From Sphingomonadales bacterium (GTDB taxonomy: Bacteria; Pseudomonadota; Alphaproteobacteria; Sphingomonadales; Sphingomonadaceae): DNA of 64,000 nucleotides. The notes beneath the pieces are model-generated. The model did not search any database. It saw nothing but the letters and a program-made list of their open reading frames with translations, and had not been told where the DNA came from. Shown here piece after piece: positions 9,907-21,587 of the stretch. A program made the position numbers and the translations under genes. The DNA is taken from assembly GCA_034668385.1 (NCBI GenBank), contig JAXDPL010000077.1, forward strand, positions 3,330 through 67,329, written 5' to 3'. Position 1 is the stretch's first letter. The number at the start of each line of letters is the position of its first letter.

Positions 9907-10665
9907 ATGGCCGCCACATTCGAAGGAGCGAGGACCGCGATCGTCACCGGCGGGGCGCGCCGCATCGGCGCCGCTCTCGCCCGCGCGCTCGCCGAGGACG
10001 GCTGGCACCTGCTCATCCACTGCCGACGGTCGGTCGCCGAAGCCGAAGCGCTCGCCGCCGAGCTCGGCAACGCCGCCGTCGTCTCGGCCGACCTTGCGGA
10101 CCCCGCCGCGGCGGTGACGATTATGGCGGCGCTGGAGCCGCTTCCGCCCGCGCGGCTGCTGGTCAACAACGCCTCGCTCTTCGCCTATGACGGCGCCGAC
10201 GACTTCACGCCGGAAAGCTGGGACGCGCACATGGCGGCGAACCTGCGCGCGCCGGCCTTGCTCTCCCGCGCCTTCGCAGGAGTCGCCAAGGCGCCCGCCG
10301 TCATCGTCAACCTGCTCGACGCCAAGCTCGCCCAGCCCAACCCGGATTTCTTCAGCTACACCGTCTCCAAGTTCGGCCTCGCCGCCTTGACCGAGCTCCA
10401 CGCCCGCGCCTGGGCCGCCCGGGGGATCCGGGTCTGCGGCATCGCGCCGTCGGTCACCCTCGTCTCCGGTCCGCAGAGCCGCGACAATTTCGACGCCGTC
10501 CACGATCTCAACGCGCTGGGCCGCGGCGTGCGGGTCGAAGAGATCGTCGGCGCGCTCCGCTTCATCCTTGCCACTCCCACGCTGACCGGCCAGACGATCG
10601 TCCTCGACGGGGGGCAGCGCTTCCTTTCGCTCGCGCGCGACGTGCAATTCCTGGAGCCTTCATGA
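9907..10665 (+). CDS. SDR oxidoreductase (pteridine reductase/FolM-like)
   Basis: TGGARRIG, NNAS, YTVSK; overlaps folB. Confidence 0.9.
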   Translation: MAATFEGARTAIVTGGARRIGAALARALAEDGWHLLIHCRRSVAEAEALAAELGNAAVVSADLADPAAAVTIMAALEPLPPARLLVNNASLFAYDGADDFTPESWDAHMAANLRAPALLSRAFAGVAKAPAVIVNLLDAKLAQPNPDFFSYTVSKFGLAALTELHARAWAARGIRVCGIAPSVTLVSGPQSRDNFDAVHDLNALGRGVRVEEIVGALRFILATPTLTGQTIVLDGGQRFLSLARDVQFLEPS

Positions 10666-11063
10666 CCGAGCAGCCCCGCCTCGACGGCCTCGTCCCCGAG
10701 TCGCTTCGCCCCAAGACGCGCAAGATCGTGCTCGAGGATTATTGCCTGTCCGCCGATATCGGCTTCCACGATTACGAGGTCGGCGCGCCGCAGCGCCTGC
10801 TCGTCACCGTGGAGGTCTGGGTCGACGAACGCGCCTTCGCCGAGTCGGACGAGGTCGGGGACGCGTGGGATTACGATTTCCTGAGGACCGAGATCGGCGC
10901 CCTCGCCGCCGCGCGCCGCTACAATCTCCAGGAGACTCTGGTCCGCGCGATCTACGACCTGGTCGCGGCGCGACGCGGGGTCACCGGGCTGCGAGTCGCC
11001 TCCCGCAAGCCCGACGTCTATCCCGATTGCGCCGGAGTCGGAGTCGAGCTCTCGTCCTTCTAG
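10662..11063 (+). CDS. folB: Dihydroneopterin aldolase
   Basis: IGFHDYE...QRL, DYD, LQETL, KPDVY. Confidence 0.85.
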   Translation: MTEQPRLDGLVPESLRPKTRKIVLEDYCLSADIGFHDYEVGAPQRLLVTVEVWVDERAFAESDEVGDAWDYDFLRTEIGALAAARRYNLQETLVRAIYDLVAARRGVTGLRVASRKPDVYPDCAGVGVELSSF

Positions 11064-11896
11064 CGGCTCCGCCGGTTGCGAAGGCACGGGCCCAGCCTGT
11101 CGAGCACCAGCCTATAGTCGGCCTGGATCGCTGCGGCGCCGTCGGCGTCCGTTTCGCTTAGGCTCTGAACCGGCAGGCGCGCGGGCAAGGTGCAGGCGAG
11201 TCGGTACCAGAGCAGGGTGCCGGGCGCGGGCGGCGCGGCCGCCTCGTCGACGATCTCGGACAGCGCCACCGCCCACTGCGGGGTCTGGCCGGGACGGCGA
11301 AGCACGCTCAGCGACACCGGCCTTCCGTCGGCGGTCTGGAGGAAGATCTGGGTCTCGCTCTCGCCGGGAATGGCGCCGGGCACATGGAAGGCCTTGCCGA
11401 TGCCGGTGATGCGCGGGGGCGCGGAGGGCGCTGCAGCCTCGCGGACGATGGCCCGTAACCGCTCCGCCTCCGCCGCCGTGAACGGGATCTGCGCGTCCGG
11501 AGCGACGAGGCGGAGCTCGCCCGGCCGCCCCGGCACCGGCCCTGCGAGGATGAGGAAACCCGTGCCTTTCCTGAGTTTGGGCGCCTTGCCTCGCGCGTCG
11601 CGGGGCAGGTCGACGAGATAGGCGACGCGCGCCGGAAGCGGCGCCGGAGCCCGGATCAGGCTCACCACGTCGGCCGCGACGTAGAATCGGGCGAGACCGG
11701 GCGGAACTCCGGCCGCCTGCTCGTCCTTGAGCGCTTCCGCCTCCGCGATCCTGACCTGGGCGGCGACCGGCGCCGCCAAAGCGAGGTCGGCGGCGTCCGC
11801 ATAGGTGAGGCCCGGCGCGACGTTCCGCGAATCGCCCGGCGGGGGCGAAGCGGCCGCGGCGAGCAGGACGAGAATAAGCAGGGAAATTCTTCGCAT
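11060..11896 (-). CDS. Secreted hypothetical protein
   Basis: Signal peptide, typical GC3 codon bias, two C-terminal Cys. Confidence 0.8.
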   Translation of the reverse strand: MRRISLLILVLLAAAASPPPGDSRNVAPGLTYADAADLALAAPVAAQVRIAEAEALKDEQAAGVPPGLARFYVAADVVSLIRAPAPLPARVAYLVDLPRDARGKAPKLRKGTGFLILAGPVPGRPGELRLVAPDAQIPFTAAEAERLRAIVREAAAPSAPPRITGIGKAFHVPGAIPGESETQIFLQTADGRPVSLSVLRRPGQTPQWAVALSEIVDEAAAPPAPGTLLWYRLACTLPARLPVQSLSETDADGAAAIQADYRLVLDRLGPCLRNRRSR

Positions 11897-12149
11897 GGCG
11901 GGGATCGTTCCGGGAGTGAAAGTTAATTGCGGTTAAACATGGGGTTAGGGACATTTATGGGAGATGACGACCCCGGCACCGGGGAATCCCGGCATCCTAC
12001 AGGAGGATTGCGCGGGGTCACGCGACGCGATAGAGGGTCCCGCCGCTGTCGATGATATGTTGACACATCGATGGAGCCGTTGGGGTTTCGCTGCGTTGTT
12101 GCTCGGCGCCAATCCCGGCACGTCATACCAGAGGGAGCGTGGCTGATTA

Positions 12150-12824
12150 ATGGCATATGCTGACAACAAGATGAGCACGGGCCGGATTACGGCGATCGTC
12201 ATCGTCGCCATACTCCACGCAATTCTCGGCTACGCGTTCGTCACCGGCCTCGCCTACAATGTCGTCAAGAAGGTCGCCGCAGACCTGAAGACGTTCAACG
12301 TCGACGAACCGCCGCCGCCGGACGAGAAGCCGCCGCCCCCGCCGCCCGAGAACCAGCCGCAGACGCCGCCGCCGATCGTCGCTCCCCCGCCGATCGTTCG
12401 CACCAACACGATGCCGCCGCCGATCTCGGTGGTGCAGAACGCGCCGCCGCCGCAGATCACTCCGACCGCGCCGCCGGCTCCGCCCATGCCGCCTGCGCCG
12501 CCGCCGCCGCCGCCCGCGCCGGTCAAGGTCCAGCCCGCCAAGGCCAAGGCCAACCTCGCCTCGCTCTTCTCGGACGAGGACTATCCGGCCTCGGCGCTGC
12601 GCAACAACGAATCGGGCACCACGGGCTTCCGACTCGAAGTGGGACCGAACGGCCGGGTCACCGGCTGCCAGGTCACTTCGTCGAGTGGCTCGTCGGCGCT
12701 CGATTCGGCGACCTGCCGGCTGCTCACCTCGCGCGCCCGCTTCACCCCGGCCCACGACAGCAGCGGCCAACCGACCAGCGACACGGTGTCCAGCCGGATC
12801 GTCTGGCGAATCCCCGCCGATTGA
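12150..12824 (+). CDS. tonB: Energy transducer TonB
   Basis: N-terminal TM with His, Pro-rich spacer, YP..A and SSG...LD C-terminal domain. Confidence 0.93.
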   Translation: MAYADNKMSTGRITAIVIVAILHAILGYAFVTGLAYNVVKKVAADLKTFNVDEPPPPDEKPPPPPPENQPQTPPPIVAPPPIVRTNTMPPPISVVQNAPPPQITPTAPPAPPMPPAPPPPPPAPVKVQPAKAKANLASLFSDEDYPASALRNNESGTTGFRLEVGPNGRVTGCQVTSSSGSSALDSATCRLLTSRARFTPAHDSSGQPTSDTVSSRIVWRIPAD

Positions 12825-12893
12825 GGTGGACCGGGACCATCATCGGCCGACCGATTATCGGATCGTCTTTTCATCGAGAGGAAAGTTAGAGAA

Positions 12894-13700
12894 ATGAACA
12901 CCGCAGCAGCAGCGCCGCACGGCGGTAACCCCTACGGGCTTATCGCGGCCCTCCAGCAGGGCGGCCTCATTGCCCAGACGACGTTCGGCATCCTCGTCAT
13001 CATGTCGGCCGCCTCCTGGTACGTCCTCTTCGTCAAGCTGTTCGAGCAGCAGAAGATCGTCCGCGAGGGCCGCCGCGCCCGCACCGCCTTCTGGCAGGCC
13101 GGAACGCTGCGCGACGGCGCCCAGAAGCTCGAGAAGAACGGCGCCTACCGTCAGATCGTCGACGACGGCATCCTCGCCCTCGAGCAGCACGACAAGCTGA
13201 CCGATCCGATCGACCAGCACGACTGGATGCTGAACTCGCTGGCGCGCAGCCAGGGCGCGATCACCTCGCGCCTGTCCTCGGGCCTGGCGCTGCTCGCGAC
13301 GGTCGGCTCGACCGCTCCGTTCGTCGGCCTGTTCGGCACCGTGGTCGGCATCTACCGCGCGCTGATCAAGATCGGCGCCGCGGGTCAGGCGTCGATCGAC
13401 ACCGTCGCCGGCCCGGTCGGCGAATCGCTGATCATGACCGCGCTCGGCCTCGCCGTGGCGGTGCCGGCGGTGCTGGCGTACAACTGGCTGATGCGGCGCA
13501 ACAAGGCGATCGTCGAGGAGCTGGCCAAGTTCGCCAACGACCTCCACGGCTACATGGTCTCGGGCGGCGCGGTGAAGCCGCAGGTCGTCGTCGCCGGCCC
13601 GAAGGGCGGCCCGGCCCGCGCCACCACCACGGCGACTCCGAGCGGCACCACCGCCACCGGCAGCGCCACCGGCCCCAATGCCGGCCCCAAGAAGGTCTGA
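12894..13700 (+). CDS. exbB: ExbB/TolQ/MotA proton channel
   Basis: LATVGSTAPFVGLFGTVVGI, ESLIMTALGLAVAVPA. Confidence 0.93.
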   Translation: MNTAAAAPHGGNPYGLIAALQQGGLIAQTTFGILVIMSAASWYVLFVKLFEQQKIVREGRRARTAFWQAGTLRDGAQKLEKNGAYRQIVDDGILALEQHDKLTDPIDQHDWMLNSLARSQGAITSRLSSGLALLATVGSTAPFVGLFGTVVGIYRALIKIGAAGQASIDTVAGPVGESLIMTALGLAVAVPAVLAYNWLMRRNKAIVEELAKFANDLHGYMVSGGAVKPQVVVAGPKGGPARATTTATPSGTTATGSATGPNAGPKKV

Positions 13701-13708
13701 TCCGGTTC

Positions 13709-13740
13709 CGGCGGGGCGGGCGTTCGTGTCCGCCCCGCCG
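13709..13740 (+). other. Intercistronic UUCG-capped hairpin (possible mRNA stability element)
   Basis: CGGCGGGGCGGGCG-TTCG-TGTCCGCCCCGCCG with G-U pairs and no U-tract, between exbB and exbD. Confidence 0.55.
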
Positions 13741-13785
13741 ACCCCCGGATCCGGCTGAGACAGACGTCAGGATAGGAACCCGAAT

Positions 13786-14277
13786 ATGGCCATGAGTGTC
13801 GGCCCAGGCGACGGCGGCGAAGACAGCCCGATGTCCGACATCAACACGACGCCGCTCGTCGACGTCATGCTGGTGCTGCTGATCATCTTCCTCATCACCG
13901 TCCCGGTCGTGGTCCAGACCATCCCGATGACTCTGCCCAAGGTCCGCTACGAGCCGACCACCACCAAGCCGGAGAACGTGTCGCTCTCCGTGCGCGCCGG
14001 GCCGGGCGGCGAGTGCGAGGTCTATTGGGGCCTCACGCGAGTGAACTCGAAGGAGCTGCTCGACCGGGCGGTGAAGAAGCTTCAGGACGAGGTGAAGAAG
14101 CTCGGCGGGGCTCAGAACGTCACCGAGGAGAATATGCCCGAGGCGCATATCCGCGGCGACATCAACACACCCTATCGCTGCATCGGCGGCACGGTCTTCA
14201 CCATGCAGATGGCCGGCTTCGCCCGTGTCGGCTTCATTTCCGAGCCCCCGCCGGGCGAGACGACGACCCGGCTGTGA
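13786..14277 (+). CDS. exbD: Biopolymer transport ExbD
   Basis: DINTTPLVDVMLVLLIIF. Confidence 0.92.
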   Translation: MAMSVGPGDGGEDSPMSDINTTPLVDVMLVLLIIFLITVPVVVQTIPMTLPKVRYEPTTTKPENVSLSVRAGPGGECEVYWGLTRVNSKELLDRAVKKLQDEVKKLGGAQNVTEENMPEAHIRGDINTPYRCIGGTVFTMQMAGFARVGFISEPPPGETTTRL

Positions 14278-14306
14278 GCTCGCCAAGGTTTCAGGAGTAA
14301 GTACGC

Positions 14307-14732
14307 ATGGCAATGGCAATGGCGGCCGCCGAAGGCGAGCCCATGATGGACATCAACACGACGCCGCTCATCGACGTCATGCTCGTGCTGCTCATCATGT
14401 TCATCATCACCATCCCGATCCAGACCCACGCCGTGAAGCTCGATCTGCCGCAGGATCAGCCGAACCAGCAGCCGCCGCCGATCGACCCGGTGAAGAACAA
14501 GGTCGTCATCACCCCGGACGGCAAGGTGCTGTGGAACGGCAACCCCATCGATCTCCTCACCCTCCGGCAATATCTGGACCAGACGCAGCAGATGAACCCG
14601 ATCCCGGAGCTTCACCTGCAGCCGGACCCCCAGGCCCGCTACGTGCTGGTCGACGAGGTGCTCGCGGTCACCAAGCGCGCCCATGTCGAGAAGATGGGCT
14701 TCGTCGGCAACGAGGCCTACGCCAACTTCTGA
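14307..14732 (+). CDS. exbD: Biopolymer transport ExbD (second copy)
   Basis: DINTTPLIDVMLVLLIMF. Confidence 0.92.
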   Translation: MAMAMAAAEGEPMMDINTTPLIDVMLVLLIMFIITIPIQTHAVKLDLPQDQPNQQPPPIDPVKNKVVITPDGKVLWNGNPIDLLTLRQYLDQTQQMNPIPELHLQPDPQARYVLVDEVLAVTKRAHVEKMGFVGNEAYANF

Positions 14733-14757
14733 CGGCGGCGGTTTCCTCTCGAGCGTG

Positions 14758-14785
14758 AAGGGGCGGCTTTCGGGCCGCCCTTTTT
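14758..14785 (+). terminator. Rho-independent terminator
   Basis: AAGGGGCGGC-TTTCGG-GCCGCCC-TTTTT after exbD. Confidence 0.8.
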
Positions 14786-14811
14786 GCTCCTCCCCGTTCC
14801 GGGCAGGAGCT

Positions 14812-16587
14812 TTACGCCGCCAGCCCTTCGAACTGAAGGCGCGCGAGCTTCGCGTAGAGACCGCCGGCCGCGCTGAGGCTGTCGTGATTGCCTTCCTCGA
14901 CGATTCGCCCCTGGTCCATCACCACGATCCGGTCGGCGGCGCGGACGGTGGCGAGGCGGTGGGCGATGACGATCGTCGTCCGGTCCGCCATCAGCCGCTC
15001 GAGCGACGCCTGGACCAGCCGCTCGCTCTCCGCGTCGAGGGCGGAAGTGGCCTCGTCGAGGAGCAGCAGCGGCGCGTCGCGGAGCACGGCGCGGGCGATG
15101 GCGATGCGCTGCCGCTGGCCGCCGGAGAGGCGGGCGCCGCCCTCGCCCATGAATGTGTCGAGGCCCTGCGGCAGGGCGCCGAGGAAATCGGCGGCATTGG
15201 CCGCCTCGGCGGCGCGCCACAGCTCCTGGTCCGAGGCCTCCCAGCGGCCGTAGCGCAGGTTGTCGCGCGCCGACGCGGCGAAGATCACCGTCTCCTGCGG
15301 CACGATCGCCATCCGCTCCCGCACGTCGTCAGGATCGGCGTCCGGCAGGGCCACGCCGTCGAGCAGCACCGCGCCCGTTTCCGGATCGTAGAAGCGCAAC
15401 GCGAGCTGGAACAGGGTCGACTTGCCGGCGCCCGAGGGCCCAACCACCGCCAGCGTCTCGCCGGCGCGCACCTTCAGCGAGAAATCGTGCAGCGCCGAAA
15501 TCTCGCGCCGGGTCGGGTAGCGGAAGGTTACGGCGCGGAATTCGAGCTCGCCTCGCGCCGGCTCGGGCAGAGGTACCGGTGCCGCAGGCGCGCGGATTTC
15601 CGGCTCTTCGGAGAGCAATTCGGCGAGCCTTCCCGCCGCCCCGGCGCCGCGCAGCAAGTCGCCATAGACTTCGGTCAGCGCTCCGAACGCGCCGGCGACG
15701 AAGCCCCCGGCCAGGACGAAGGCGAAGATCGTGCCGCCGCTGATATGGCCGTGCTGGACGTCGACCGCGCCCTGCCACATCACCATCGTGATCGCGCCGA
15801 AGATAAGGCCGATGATCGATGCGGTGAGCAAGGCGCGGATGGTGATGCGGCGCCTTGCCGTCTGGAAAACGCCTTCGACCGCCGCCTCGAAGCGGATCGC
15901 CTCGCGGCCCTGCTGGCCGAACGCCTGGACGATCTTCATCGCGCCGAGCACCTCGTCGACCATGGCGCCGACATCCGCGACCCGGTCCTGGCTCTGACGG
16001 GAGATGGCGCGGACCCGACGCCCGAACACGGTGATCGGCAGGACGACCACCGGAATGCCGATCAGGAGCATCGCCGCGAGCTTCGGCGCCAGGGCGAAGA
16101 GGTAGGCGACCCCCCCGATCCCCATCAACACGTTCCTCAATGCCACCGACATCGTGGTGCCGACCACCTGCTCGATGATCGTCGTATCCGCCGTAAGCCG
16201 CGAGGCGATCTCCGAGGGACGATTCTCCTCGAAGTAGGACGGGGCGAGGCGGAGCAGGTTCGTCTGCACGGCCTCGCGCACGTCGGCGACGACCCGCTCG
16301 CCGAGCCAGGAGACGAAATAGAAGCGGAATGCCGTGGCGATCGCCAACACCAATACGACGACGAGTAGATACTGGAACCAGCGCGCGATGTCGCCGCCGG
16401 ACGCGGCGAAGCCCTTGTCGATGATCAGCCGGAAAGCGTTGGGAATGGCGAGAGTGGCGGCGAGGGCGACCAGCAAAGACACGAGGGCGCCCGCGACATG
16501 GCCCTTGTATCGCGCCACGAAACCCCAGATGATGCGTAGGTTCGCGATCTTCCCCGGGGCGGGGGCGGCGGGACTGGATCGGGCCAT
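14812..16587 (-). CDS. ABC exporter, fused TMD-NBD (MsbA-like)
   Basis: Six-TM domain, GPSGAGKS, LSGGQRQR, LLLDEATSALD. Confidence 0.93.
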   Translation of the reverse strand: MARSSPAAPAPGKIANLRIIWGFVARYKGHVAGALVSLLVALAATLAIPNAFRLIIDKGFAASGGDIARWFQYLLVVVLVLAIATAFRFYFVSWLGERVVADVREAVQTNLLRLAPSYFEENRPSEIASRLTADTTIIEQVVGTTMSVALRNVLMGIGGVAYLFALAPKLAAMLLIGIPVVVLPITVFGRRVRAISRQSQDRVADVGAMVDEVLGAMKIVQAFGQQGREAIRFEAAVEGVFQTARRRITIRALLTASIIGLIFGAITMVMWQGAVDVQHGHISGGTIFAFVLAGGFVAGAFGALTEVYGDLLRGAGAAGRLAELLSEEPEIRAPAAPVPLPEPARGELEFRAVTFRYPTRREISALHDFSLKVRAGETLAVVGPSGAGKSTLFQLALRFYDPETGAVLLDGVALPDADPDDVRERMAIVPQETVIFAASARDNLRYGRWEASDQELWRAAEAANAADFLGALPQGLDTFMGEGGARLSGGQRQRIAIARAVLRDAPLLLLDEATSALDAESERLVQASLERLMADRTTIVIAHRLATVRAADRIVVMDQGRIVEEGNHDSLSAAGGLYAKLARLQFEGLAA

Positions 16588-16720
16588 CAAGGGGGCGTAG
16601 CAGCGCATGAGATGAGGCTCAATGCCGCGGCGCGGAGCCTTCCGCCCCGACGGCCGTTCACCTTCCCAAGTCCCTGCGGCCGTTGACGAAAATTCGCGCG
16701 GCCTCCAATCTGGAGAGCTC

Positions 16721-17937
<1,217 letters not shown>

Positions 17938-17941
<4 letters not shown>

Positions 17942-18519
17942 GCGAAGCGGGCGCCGTCCCCGTCATTCCCCGCCGTTACTGGTGGATCGCGCTCGCCATC
18001 GTCGTGCTCGGGGCGGCGGGACTGCTCGCCATGGGGCGGCCGCCGATCTGCACCTGCGGTACGGTGAAACTCTGGGTCGGGACCGTAACCGGCCCGGACA
18101 ACAGCCAGCACATCGCCGACTGGTACACGCCGAGCCACATCGTCCACGGCTTCCTCTTCTACGCGCTCGGCTGGTGGGCGCTGCGCCGCAACCCGCCGGG
18201 CGACCGCCTCATCGCCGCCGTCCTGATCGAAAGCGCCTGGGAGCTGCTCGAGAACAGCCCCTTCATCATCGACCGCTACCGTCACGAGACGATGGCTCTG
18301 GGCTATACCGGCGACAGCGTTCTCAATTCGGTCTGCGACATCGGCTGGATGGTCGTGGGCTTCGCACTGGCCCGGCGGCTGCCGGTCCCGGTGACGATCG
18401 CGCTGGCGCTTGGACTGGAATTGCTCTGCCTTATCGTCATCCGCGACAATCTGACGCTGAACGTCCTGATGCTGATCGCGCCGAACGACGCGATCCGGGC
18501 CTGGCAGGCCGGCGGATGA
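17938..18519 (+). CDS. DUF2585 family membrane protein
   Basis: MGRPPICTCG, NSQHIADWYTPSH, YTGDSVLNS. Confidence 0.9.
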
Positions 18520-19026
18520 GGCGATTCCTCCTGGCAGTGGCGGTGGCCTCCGCGGCCGCGCCGGCCCGGGCCGACCAACTGTTCGGGGGCCTTTACGCCC
18601 ACGACGTCGACTGGATCACGGCGAGCGGCATCGAGCAGGGCGTGGACGTCGAGCTCGGCTGGCGCGGCGCGCGGATCCTGCGCGCGCTCGGCGGCCCGCG
18701 GCCGCACGCCTTCGTCTCCCTGAACAGCGCCGGCCAGACCCATTTCGCCGCCGTTGGCCTCAGCTGGCATCGGCGATCCGGTCTACCTCCGTCCCGGCAT
18801 CGGCCTGGCCGTCCACACCGGGCCCGGCCGGCTCGATCCGACCGGTCGCCGCATCTGGTTCGGCTCGCGAATCCTGTTCGAGCCCGAGATCGGGATCGGC
18901 GTTCAGCTCGACCGCCGAGCCTCGCTCGAGGCGAGCTGGGTGCATCTGAGCCACGCCCAATTGTTCGGCGACCAGAATCCCGGCCTCGACACGGTCGGCC
19001 TGCGGCTCAATTACGCGCTGCGATGA
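18516..19026 (+). pseudogene. PagL-like lipid A 3-O-deacylase / acyloxyacyl hydrolase, frameshifted near 18768
   Basis: N-half (signal peptide...AAVGLSW) and C-half (IGDPVYLRPGIGLAVH...FGSRILF...HLSHA...NPGLD...YALR) lie in different frames. Confidence 0.75.
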
Positions 19027-19032
19027 CTCCGG

Positions 19033-20433
<1,401 letters not shown>

Positions 20434-20450
20434 GGATGCTCCGTGATGAA

Positions 20451-20560
20451 CCCCCCTCCTGGACCCAGGGAGGGGCCGGGGGGTGGGTAAGTATCCGGAA
20501 AGGGCGTTGCAAGCGGAGACGCACCCGCCCCCGACCCCTCCCTGCGTGCAGGGGGGGGAG
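20451..20560. repeat. Palindromic intergenic element (family B)
   Basis: CCCCCTCCTGG..CAGGGAGGGG-CCGGGGGGTGGGT ... ACCCGCCCCCGACCCCTCCCTGC..GCAGGGGGGGG: two terminal hairpins with mutually complementary arms. Confidence 0.7.
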
Positions 20561-20566
20561 CACGGG

Positions 20567-21046
20567 TCATTTCTTCCGGCTGAAATCCACGGAGACGACG
20601 TTGGAGCCGTCCTCGACCGGCTCGGCGGCGGACGGGTCGTTCTCGGCTTCCTCATGCTCCTGGACCGATTCCTCGGCCTGGGCCTGGAACTGGAGGGCGA
20701 AATTGACCGCCGGGTCGACGAAGCCGGTGATCGCCGAGAAGGGGATGACCAGCCTCGCCGGCGCCTGGTTGAAGCTGAGGCCGACCTCGAAGCCGTCATC
20801 GCCCACCTTGAGGTCCCAGAAGCGGTTCTGGATGACGATCGTCATCTCGTCGGGGAAGCGCTCGATCAGGTGCCTGGGGATGTCGACCCCGGCGGCGCCG
20901 GTCTTGAACGTGATGTAGAAATGATGCTCGCCGGGCAGCCGGCCGGTGGTCTCGACCTCGCCCAGCACCCGGCCGACGACGGCGCGCAGGGCCTCCTGGA
21001 CGATCTCGTCATAGGGAATCAAACTGTCTGGCGCGTCGGTCGGCAT
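20567..21046 (-). CDS. sspB: ClpXP adaptor SspB (alphaproteobacterial type)
   Basis: [30 protein letters not shown]-terminal [11 protein letters not shown]. Confidence 0.9.
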   Translation of the reverse strand: MPTDAPDSLIPYDEIVQEALRAVVGRVLGEVETTGRLPGEHHFYITFKTGAAGVDIPRHLIERFPDEMTIVIQNRFWDLKVGDDGFEVGLSFNQAPARLVIPFSAITGFVDPAVNFALQFQAQAEESVQEHEEAENDPSAAEPVEDGSNVVSVDFSRKK

Positions 21047-21133
21047 CGCCCTTGTGGTAGCGCGGGGCCGGCGCGGGTCAACCCGCTTGCGATTCGGGCG
21101 GCCGCGTGGTGAGAGCGTCGGACGGAGAGAGCG

Positions 21134-21511
21134 ATGCCGATCGACGCCACCCGGCCCTATGACGAGACCAACATCTTCGCCCGGATCCTGCGCGGCGAGA
21201 TAGAGTGCAAGAAGGTCTATGAGGACGATTACGCGCTCGCCTTTCACGACATACACCCGCAGGCGCCGGTCCATATCCTGGTCATTCCGAAAGGCCCTTA
21301 CGTCTCGTGGGACGATTTCTCGGCCAGGGCGCGCGACGCCGAGATCGCCGGCTTCGTCCGCGCCGTCGGGCGGGTGGCCCGCGACGCGGATCTGGTCGCG
21401 CCGGGCTATCGGCTGCTCGCCAATGTCGGCCCGGACAGCGGCCAGGAAGTGGCGCATCTGCACGTCCACCTGTTCGGCGGCCGGCCCCTAGGGCCGATGC
21501 TGAGCCGTTGA
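21134..21511 (+). CDS. HIT family nucleotide-binding protein
   Basis: NIFARILRGEI, GQEVAHLHVHL. Confidence 0.93.
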   Translation: MPIDATRPYDETNIFARILRGEIECKKVYEDDYALAFHDIHPQAPVHILVIPKGPYVSWDDFSARARDAEIAGFVRAVGRVARDADLVAPGYRLLANVGPDSGQEVAHLHVHLFGGRPLGPMLSR

Positions 21512-21587
21512 TGCCGCCGATTTGCGCTTGCTCCCGGTGGAGCAGCCGTTAGGTTCGCGCCACGACAATTGTTACAAGGGGAGTAGG

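Noticed and set aside
12300-12520. CCG-rich tandem repeats
   Set aside because: They encode the normal Pro-rich TonB spacer; the same applies to the VirB10 stalk
20434-20799. Long N-terminal extensions of fumC, and likewise of the M16 peptidase (to 35430), virB11, virB10 and pbpC in the ORF track
   Set aside because: Artefacts of taking the first possible start; they cross repeats or neighbouring genes, and conserved N-termini begin downstream
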